A DNA stretch of 64,000 bases from Frankiales bacterium (lineage in GTDB: Bacteria; Actinomycetota; Actinomycetes; Mycobacteriales; SCTD01), in NCBI GenBank assembly GCA_025465135.1, contig JAODNA010000064.1:35-64034 (forward strand), given 5' to 3'. This document shows positions 30,095 through 37,900 of the stretch, one piece after another. Position 1 is the stretch's first letter; each line of letters starts with the position of its first letter. Both the position numbers and the translations under genes were made by a program. Below the pieces are notes generated by a model. The model saw only the letters and a program-made list of their open reading frames with translations. It was not told the origin of the DNA and made no database searches.

Positions 30095-30462
30095 TGAGCA
30101 CCCCCGGCCGGGACGAGCCCCGCGGCGGACTGCCGCTGACCCCCGCGCGGCGCGGACGTGATCGTGGTCGTCCCGAAGCGGCTGCCGAGACGGCGGCGAT
30201 CGACGACGCCGATCTGCAGCGGGGACTGGCATCGGCCGTGCTCGCTGCCATGGGTCGCGTGCAGCTCAAGCTCGATGCCCTGAGTCGGCAGCAGACCGAC
30301 GCCTTCCTGGAGATGCGCACTCGGCTGGCGGCTCTGGAGGCGCGCGTTGCGGCAGCGGAGGCTGCGCCACGGCTCGACGGCCACACACCGGTTCCGGGAC
30401 CTCCCGGCCTCGACCTGCGCCCCAGCGGACACGACCCGGCCCCGGAGCCTTGGCAGGGCTAA
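30094..30462 (+). CDS. hypothetical protein (short coiled coil)
   Basis: TGATG coupling with the upstream gene; 122 aa starting MSTPGRDE. Confidence 0.6.
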   Translation: MSTPGRDEPRGGLPLTPARRGRDRGRPEAAAETAAIDDADLQRGLASAVLAAMGRVQLKLDALSRQQTDAFLEMRTRLAALEARVAAAEAAPRLDGHTPVPGPPGLDLRPSGHDPAPEPWQG

Positions 30463-30583
30463 CGAGTCACAGCAGTCCCAAATCGCCTATTCCGCCGCAT
30501 TCCTCGCCGCTTTGCGGCCCGGACGCGAGGAACGCCGCGCTCCGCCGTAAGACGGGAAGTCGCCCAGCCTTCCCAGGAGAAAC

Positions 30584-31261
30584 GTGCAGACCAGCGCAGC
30601 GCTGTCCCCGCTCGCGGACATCGTGCTTCCCCAGCAGCGGCTCCTCGCCGTCGTACCGCGGCCTGTTCCCACGTCCAAGCGCGTCGCCGACCGGGTCGGT
30701 GCCGTCCTCCTGCTCCTCGTGGCCGCCCCCGTCCTCCTGCTCCTCGTGGCCGCGGTCGCCCTCAGCGGACCCGGCGGGGTGCTCTTCCGTCAGACGCGCG
30801 TGGGCCTGAACGGGCAGCAGTTCGTGTTGCTCAAGTTCCGCACCATGCGCCCCGCCGCACATGTCGAGCGCGACCAGCTGCGGGCACTCGACGATGGCAA
30901 CGGGATGCTGTTCAAGATCCGTGCAGATCCGAGAACGACGGCGGTCGGCCGCGTGCTGCGCCGCTGGTCCCTCGACGAGCTCCCACAGCTGATCAACGTC
31001 ATCCGCGGCGAGATGGCGCTGGTCGGGCCGCGGCCGGCGCTGCCGGAGGAGGTCGAGCGGTACTCCGCCATCGCGCGGCGACGGCTGCACGTCAAGCCGG
31101 GGTTGACGGGTCTCTGGCAGATCAGCGGACGCTCCGACCTGTCCTGGGCGGAGAGCGTGATGCTGGACCTGCACTACGTCGAGCGCGCCGGCCTCGCGCT
31201 CGACGTGCGCATCCTCGCGCGCACCTTCGGCGCGGTGGTCAGCGGCCGCGGTGCCTATTAG
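30584..31261 (+). CDS. second, short sugar (priming) phosphotransferase
   Basis: KR..D, KFRTM, SLDELPQ, LVGPRP, KPGLTGLWQISGR, GAY end. Confidence 0.9.
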   Translation: MQTSAALSPLADIVLPQQRLLAVVPRPVPTSKRVADRVGAVLLLLVAAPVLLLLVAAVALSGPGGVLFRQTRVGLNGQQFVLLKFRTMRPAAHVERDQLRALDDGNGMLFKIRADPRTTAVGRVLRRWSLDELPQLINVIRGEMALVGPRPALPEEVERYSAIARRRLHVKPGLTGLWQISGRSDLSWAESVMLDLHYVERAGLALDVRILARTFGAVVSGRGAY

Positions 31262-31352
31262 GGATCCCGGGAAGGACTCCACCGGGTCGGTGTCGAACTA
31301 GGGATTGGGCGCGCCGGGCGCCGGCTAGGCCATCGGGGGATGCGAGAGCACT

Positions 31353-31622
31353 TTGCTGAACGTCGACAGCACCAAGACGGGCCTGCGGACATCCCCCCTG
31401 ACGCAGCACTACGGCAGCGTCGTGCAGAAGCAGCTGTGCCACGCCTGCGGACGGCGCTGGACCCCGAGCGAGCGGACCTTCACCAGCATGGGACTGCGCG
31501 CCCGTCGCGTCGGTCGGCGCGTCGGGCTGCGGTTGTCCTGGGCGCATCCGCGGCCAGCGCGGCAGTGCCCGAGCTGCACGTCGCGCGACGTCAGCACGGC
31601 ATCGGTCATCACACTGCCGTAG
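31353..31622 (+). CDS. small CxxC...CxxC protein
   Basis: CHAC and CPSC motifs; TTG start uncertain. Confidence 0.45.
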   Translation: MLNVDSTKTGLRTSPLTQHYGSVVQKQLCHACGRRWTPSERTFTSMGLRARRVGRRVGLRLSWAHPRPARQCPSCTSRDVSTASVITLP

Positions 31623-31660
31623 GGCCCCCGGTCCGAAGCCGGCCGCGGGTCAGGGATCCG

Positions 31661-31873
31661 CTAGCTCGCTGTGCCTTGGCCGCTCGCCTCGAGGGCGAGG
31701 ACGCACCTGGGACAGGAGTGGTCGGCCTCCCCATCGAACCGGCCGCCGACGCGGGTCAGGATCGGACCCCCGCCGCAGGCGGCTCGAGGGCCGGTGAGAG
31801 CAGCCATGGCCGCGTGCAGGTGCGCGTCGCCCTCCAGAAGCCCCACTTCCTGCGAGCCCGATCCATGCCCCAT
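31661..31873 (-). CDS. small His/Cys protein
   Basis: H.H..AACG..CPRC zinc-finger-like pattern. Confidence 0.45.
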   Translation of the reverse strand: MGHGSGSQEVGLLEGDAHLHAAMAALTGPRAACGGGPILTRVGGRFDGEADHSCPRCVLALEASGQGTAS

Positions 31874-32046
31874 GACGACGCCCCCCGACGCTGACCGATC
31901 ACCCGCGCCCGCGATGCGCAGCGGGCCGACATGCCCGAGTTTAGGGGCTTATTTCGGCAGAGCCGACGCGTTGGCCCGGGACGCGCGGGCAGCCTTGGGC
32001 GGCGCCGTGCCTTGAGCGGCGGCCGATCCGGTGTCATTCTGTGATC

Positions 32047-32238
32047 ATGCGTCCGGAGGAGACCTCCTTTGTCCAGGAGGTGCATGTCGACGTGCGCCCG
32101 ACAGCGATGAACCTGTCCTGCGACCGCTGCGGGGCCGTCGAGGTCATCCTGCTCGGCTCCGGGGAGTTCGACGACAACGTGAAGCGCTTCATGCGGACCC
32201 ACCCGCACGCCTGCAGCGCCGGATCAGCAACCAGCTGA
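32047..32238 (+). CDS. small CxxC/His protein
   Basis: CDRC..HPHAC; GC3-rich codons. Confidence 0.5.
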   Translation: MRPEETSFVQEVHVDVRPTAMNLSCDRCGAVEVILLGSGEFDDNVKRFMRTHPHACSAGSATS

Positions 32239-32479
32239 CGGGCGTGACCTGCGGCAATGCGCCGAGGTCGCCGGTGGATGGCTTCTCGTCGCGGTGCTGC
32301 TGCTCGTCTCGACCCGCGACCGCCGCCGTCGCTTCTGACGTTCGGCAACCGCGAAGCCCCCTTTGGGGCGAGTCGTACTGAGGCAAATGGATCATGTTCG
32401 CGCAAGCGACTGACCTGACTCCTTGCGGCTGTTACACACGCCGTACCGGCAATGACCGGTGCTCGGGGGCGGGGGAGCA

Positions 32480-32923
32480 GTGGAGAACGTCACGCGCCGC
32501 GCTGCCCTCCTCGGGGGAGTTGGTGTCATCGGCGGCGGCGCGGTCGCCTACGTGCTGCGAGATGACGCCCGGGCGACCCCACGCCACCGGGCCGCTGCCG
32601 TGCGGGGGCTCGCGAAGCCCCCCGCTCACCTGGAGCACCTGCTGCGCTCGCACTTCGCGGCCGGGGTGGGAACGGCCGTGCTCGTTCGGCAGTTCGCGCA
32701 CGCGCACCGGCTCAGGCTCGTCGCCATCGTCGACGTGCAGAACGCCACGGTGGCCGAGCGACAGTTCAACCTGCTCTTCGCGCCGCTCGGCGGCGCGAAG
32801 GTCGCCGAAGGCATCTACGAGGTCAGCGGAGCTCGCATCCCCAACAGCACGTTGTTCCTGTCGCCCGTCGGCCGGCGCGGCAAGGACCAACGTCTCCAGG
32901 CCCTGATCAACAGCCCGACATGA
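32480..32923 (+). CDS. DUF6916-like protein with a Tat signal
   Basis: TRRAALL + hydrophobic stretch; FNLLF, EGIY, LFLSPVG, ALIN; GGGGAG RBS before GTG 32480. Confidence 0.72.
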   Translation: MENVTRRAALLGGVGVIGGGAVAYVLRDDARATPRHRAAAVRGLAKPPAHLEHLLRSHFAAGVGTAVLVRQFAHAHRLRLVAIVDVQNATVAERQFNLLFAPLGGAKVAEGIYEVSGARIPNSTLFLSPVGRRGKDQRLQALINSPT

Positions 32924-33420
32924 CCAGGTCCCTCGTGCTGCGACCGGTCGACGGCGACACCGGCTTGCTGCGCGACCTGTACATGGACGCGCACCGCGAC
33001 GAGCTGGCCGGACTCCCCGCCGACGCCGTACCAGCTCTCGTCGACCTGCAGCTGCGGGCACAGGCTGCCCAGTACGCCGCCAGCTGGCCGGACGCCGAGG
33101 ACTTCCTCGTGCTGGTCGATGGCGTGCCGGCGGGACGGGTATGGCTTGCGCGCAACGACGACGCGCTGCGGGTTCTCGACCTCGTCGTGCTGACGGCGTT
33201 CCGCCGGCTTGGCATCGCGACGGAGATCCTGCAAGGCCTGGAGGACGAGGCGCGCCGGGCAGCGCTGCCGCTGCGGCTCTCGGTGTGGCAGGACAACAGC
33301 GCAGCGCGCGCTCTCTACGCGTCCATGGGCTTCACGTCGCTCCACGTAGGCGGTGGCTACCTCGAGCTCAGCTGGCTCCCCCGTGCAGCGGCCAAACAGC
33401 TCGAGGAGGTGGGCCGATGA
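32920..33420 (+). CDS. GNAT family N-acetyltransferase
   Basis: FRRLGIA, LSV..N.AARALYASMGF; ATGA coupling. Confidence 0.88.
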   Translation: MTRSLVLRPVDGDTGLLRDLYMDAHRDELAGLPADAVPALVDLQLRAQAAQYAASWPDAEDFLVLVDGVPAGRVWLARNDDALRVLDLVVLTAFRRLGIATEILQGLEDEARRAALPLRLSVWQDNSAARALYASMGFTSLHVGGGYLELSWLPRAAAKQLEEVGR

Positions 33421-33914
33421 GCAACCCCTACATCGGTGAGATCCGCATGTTCGGTGGCAACTTCGCTCCAGCCGGCTGGAGCTTCTGCAACGGCCAGCTC
33501 CTCCCGATCAGCGAGTACGACGCGCTGTTCAACCTCATCGGCACGACGTACGGAGGCGACGGTCAGTCCACCTTCGCGGTGCCTGATCTGCAGTCGCGCC
33601 TGCCGATGCATGTCGGCGCCGGGAGGATCCTCGCTCAGACCGGCGGCGCGGAGAGCGTGACGCTCACCCAGAACCAGCTGCCCGCGCACAGGCACGCGCT
33701 CGCGGCGGCCGCGGTCGCGACGAGCAGCACACCGGGTGGCAACGTGTGGGCGTCCGACGGCGACATGCCCTACTCGACCGCTGCCCCGACGATTCCGATG
33801 GGCGCGACAGCACTCGCGCCAACCGGTGGCAGCCAGCCACACGAGAACATGCCGCCGTTCCTCGCGGTCAGCTTCATCATCTCGCTGTTCGGCATCTACC
33901 CGAGCCCGACATGA
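33417..33914 (+). CDS. phage tail-collar domain (MdpB-like) protein 1
   Basis: PYIGEIRMFGGNFAPAGW..CNGQLL, TTYGGDG..TFAVPDL, LPAHRH, HENMPP. Confidence 0.9.
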   Translation: MSNPYIGEIRMFGGNFAPAGWSFCNGQLLPISEYDALFNLIGTTYGGDGQSTFAVPDLQSRLPMHVGAGRILAQTGGAESVTLTQNQLPAHRHALAAAAVATSSTPGGNVWASDGDMPYSTAAPTIPMGATALAPTGGSQPHENMPPFLAVSFIISLFGIYPSPT

Positions 33915-34408
33915 GTGAGCCCTTCCTCGGCGAGATCAAGGTCGTCTCGTTCAGCTTCCCGCCGAAGGGCTGGGCGCTGTGCAACGGACAGCTGCTGGCC
34001 ATCAACACGAACCAGGCGCTCTTCTCGATCCTCGGCACGATGTACGGCGGCAACGGCCAAACGGACTTCGCCCTGCCGAACCTGCAGGGCAGGCACCCGT
34101 CGCACGCCGGCCTCGCCTCTCCCGGCGCGACCGGTGGCGAGAGCTCACACACGCTGTCGACAGCTGAGCTGCCGACGCACACCCACGTGCCGCAGGCACG
34201 GTCGGCCGCCTCCAACCCTGGAGGCGATCCGACCGGCGCCGTGTGGGCGCCGCATGCCGCCCTTGGCTACGCGGCCGTCGCGACAACCACCATGAACCCC
34301 GCCGCCGTGGCGACCGTCGGGGGTTCGCAGCCGCACGAGAACCAAGCGCCGTTCCTTGTGCTGAACTTCGTGATCGCCCTGCAGGGCATCTTCCCGAGCC
34401 GGAACTGA
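33911..34408 (+). CDS. phage tail-collar domain (MdpB-like) protein 2
   Basis: PFLGEIK..FPPKGWALCNGQ, FALPNL, LPTHTH, IALQGIFPSRN. Confidence 0.9.
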   Translation: MSEPFLGEIKVVSFSFPPKGWALCNGQLLAINTNQALFSILGTMYGGNGQTDFALPNLQGRHPSHAGLASPGATGGESSHTLSTAELPTHTHVPQARSAASNPGGDPTGAVWAPHAALGYAAVATTTMNPAAVATVGGSQPHENQAPFLVLNFVIALQGIFPSRN

Positions 34409-34418
34409 GGCGCCCGCC

Positions 34419-34949
34419 GTGGACCCCTTCGTCGCCGAGATCCGCATCTTCGCGGGAAACTTCCCCCCCACGGGTTGGGCCCTGTGCAACGGCCAGCTGA
34501 TGCCCATCTCGCAGAACACCGCGCTGTTCTCGCTGCTCGGGACGACGTACGGCGGTGACGGCACAACGAACTTCGCCCTACCCGATCTGCAGAACCGGAT
34601 CCCGATGCACCCTGGTCAGGGGCCGGGGCTGAGCCTGCGCTCGCTCGGCGAATCGGGCGGCGCCGACACGGTCACGTTGCTGACCAGCGAACTGCCGGCC
34701 CACACGCACGGCGTCTCCGCCGTTGCCGACGCAGGCGACACGACCGACCCGACCAACGCAGCGTTCGGCGAGGCGCTGCACGGCCGCGTCGCCGCGAACC
34801 TCTACTCGACGGCGACGCCCGCGGACGTGCCGATGGGTGCCGGCGCCGCCGTGCCTGCCGGCGGTGGTCAGCCGCACAACAACCTGCCGCCGTACCTCGA
34901 GCTGACCTACATCATCGCCCTCCAAGGCGTCTTCCCGCCGCGTCAGTAG
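34419..34949 (+). CDS. phage tail-collar domain (MdpB-like) protein 3
   Basis: DPFVAEIRIFAGNFPP.GW, FALPDL, LPAHTH, IALQGVFPPR. Confidence 0.9.
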   Translation: MDPFVAEIRIFAGNFPPTGWALCNGQLMPISQNTALFSLLGTTYGGDGTTNFALPDLQNRIPMHPGQGPGLSLRSLGESGGADTVTLLTSELPAHTHGVSAVADAGDTTDPTNAAFGEALHGRVAANLYSTATPADVPMGAGAAVPAGGGQPHNNLPPYLELTYIIALQGVFPPRQ

Positions 34950-34981
34950 CAGCCGTCAACGCACCAAGAAGGGTCCTTCCG

Positions 34982-37900
34982 GTGTCTCGCAGCTCTCGCC
35001 TCCGCGCCGTGTCGCGGCGCGCGGTCGCTCTGGCCGGAGTGCTCGCTGCGGCCCAGCTGACGCTGGTGCCCAGTACCGCCTCAGCGATCTTCGCCGTACC
35101 GACGTTCACCGTCAGCAGCACAGCGGACGTCGCCACCAACTTCGGCGCGTGCGGCAGCAGCGGCCAGACGACCCCGACGGGTGCCAGCCTGCGCGAAGCC
35201 ATCTGCGCCGCCAACAACCTGGGTACCACCCCGTCCACGATCAACGTCTCCCCCGGCACCTACACCATCGCCAACGGTGAGCTCCAGATGGGCAAGGTCT
35301 CCGGCAGCAACATCACGCTGAACGGCGGTGGCGCGGCCAGCACGATCATCAACGCGGGAGGGCTGAGCCGGGTCTTCGACCTCGACCCCAGCATCGTCGG
35401 CGGCGTGACCTCGAGCATCTCGGCCGTCACCATCACCGGCGGAGCGGTGACGACGTTCGGCGGAGCCGGCATCATCGCCGGGTCCGGAAACGCGGCGACG
35501 AAGGACACCCTGACGCTCACCAACAGCGTCGTCACCGACAACCACGTCAACTCCGCGACGACGAACAAGTACGGCGGCGGCCTGCAGCTCGAGGGTGGCT
35601 CGCTGACGATCACCGGCTCGACGTTCAGCAGCAACAGCAGCGGAAGCAGCTCGGGTTCTGCGGTGCAGTACAGCCATCAGGACGTCGCGTCCGGCGAGCA
35701 GCTCGTCGTCTCCACGACGACCTTCAGCGGGAACACCACGAACGCCTCGGTCGCCAACATCAACGTCGGTGGCGCACTGCACGTCGACGGCGTCTCCACC
35801 ACTCCGCCGATGTCGGTGACCAACAGCCGGTTCATCAACAACACCGTCGTCGGGAGCGGAACGGGCATCGCCCAGGGCGCCGGGATCTTCTCGGAAGGCG
35901 GGGCCCTCACCGTCACCGGCTCGACCTTCACCGGCAACTCCGTCGGCATCGCCGGAGCAGGGGCCCAGCAGCTCGGCGGCGCGATCTCGGTCGTCGGGGG
36001 GACCGCGGCCGTGCACTACAACCGCATCACCGGCAACGTCGCAAACGCAGGATCAGGGGCGTCACTTGGCGTCGCGAGCGGCGCGACCCTCGATGCCACG
36101 AACAACTGGTGGGGCTGCAACGCCGGCCCCGGCACCAGCGGCTGCGACACCGTCGCCGGCGGGCCGACGGTCTCCCCACGCCTCACGCTCACCGCAACGG
36201 CGTCGCCGGCCACCGTCGTCGGTCCCAACGCGACGTCCACCGTCACCGGCGCGCTCACGCAGAACTCGCTCGGCGGGGCTGTCGCCGGCGCCAACCTCGT
36301 CGGTGCCTTCGACGGCCTGTCGGTCGGCTGGAGCGACCCGCAGCCGTCCGGCGCGACCGTCGGCGCCGCGTCGTCCACGCTCAGCTCGGGCACCGCCAGT
36401 ACGACGTACAACTCGCAGTCGAGCAGCGGCCCCGGCCACGTCCTGGCGACCCTCGACAACGGCACCGCGACCGCAGCGGTCACGGTCAACCGCGCACCGA
36501 CGATCACCAGCGCCAACAGCGTGTCCTTCACCGTCGGCACCGCAGGCTCGTTCACCGTGACGACGACCGGCTACCCGGCACCCGCTGTCACGCAGACCGG
36601 GACCGTTCCGCCGGGGATGACGTTCACCGACAACGGAAACGGCACCGCGACCCTTGCCGGTACGCCGACCGCCGGCGGCAGCTTCCCGCTGTCACTCACG
36701 GCGAACAACGGCGTCGCACCGAACGCGACGCAGACGCTGACTGTCAGCGTCACGCAACCGCCCGCCTTCACCAGCGCGAACACGACGACCTTCACACGCG
36801 GCACGGCGGGCAGCTTCACTGTCACGACCTCGGGCGTCCCGCAGGTCACGAGCATCACCGAGACCGGCGCTCTGCCGAGCGGCGTCTCGTTCACCGACAA
36901 CGGCGACGGCACGGCGACGCTCGCGGGCACCCCGGCCACCGGCAGCGGGGGCGCCTACCCGCTCTCGCTCAGTGCCACCAACGGCGTCAGCCCCGACGGC
37001 ACGCAGACGCTCACGCTGACCGTCAACGAAGCCCCTGCCGTCACCACCAACCCCGCTGACCAGGACGTCAACCCGGGCGCAAGCGTCAGCTTCAGCGCAG
37101 CTGCCTCGGGCTACCCAGCGCCGACCGTCCAGTGGCAGCGATCCACTGACGGCGGCGTGTCGTTCGCCGACATCGGCGGCGCGACCGCCACGACCTACAC
37201 CTTCACTGCGGCCACCGGCGACGCCGGCAACCAGTACCGCGCCGTCTTCACGAACGTGGGTGGCACAGCCACCACCACGGCGGCGACGTTGACGGTGTCG
37301 CAGGCGCCCACGATCGGCAGCGCCAACACGACGACGTTCGTCGTCGGGACGGCCGGCACATTCACGGTCACGACGAACGGCTTCCCCAATGCAACCCTGA
37401 CGCGGACCGCCGGCACGCTGCCCTCCGGCGTCTCGTTCACCGACAACGGGGACGGAACGGGGACGCTGGCCGGCACTCCGGCAAGCGGAAGCGGCGCGGT
37501 CTACACGGTCACGCTGCACGCGGCCAACGGCGTCAACCCGGCTGACGACCAGGTCTTCACACTCACGGTGAACGAGCTGCGCACGATCACCAGCGCGGAC
37601 CATGCCACCTTCACGGTCGGTACGGCCGGAAGCTTCGCGATGACGACGGCCGGCGGCCACCCGACGGCGACCACGCTGACGGAGACGGGCTCACTCCCGG
37701 CCGGTGTCACCTTCACGGACAACGGCGACGGGACCGGCACGCTGGCGGGGACTCCGTCAGCCGGCACGGACGGCAGCTACCCGGTGACGCTGCGGGCCAC
37801 GAACATCCCGGGCAACGTCGACCAGGCCTTCACGCTCACCGTCAACGCGCCCCCGACGATCACGAGTGCCGACCACAGGACTTTCGTGACGGGAGCTGCT

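Noticed and set aside
30702-30753. 25-nt sequence repeated with a 27-bp period in the short priming transferase
   Set aside because: In-frame low-complexity TM helix (VLLLLVAAP/V); no evidence of phase variation
33417-34949. Prophage, tailocin or microcystin-related interpretation of the collar genes
   Set aside because: No other phage structural, lysis or integrase genes; 'microcystin-dependent' is only a historical family label
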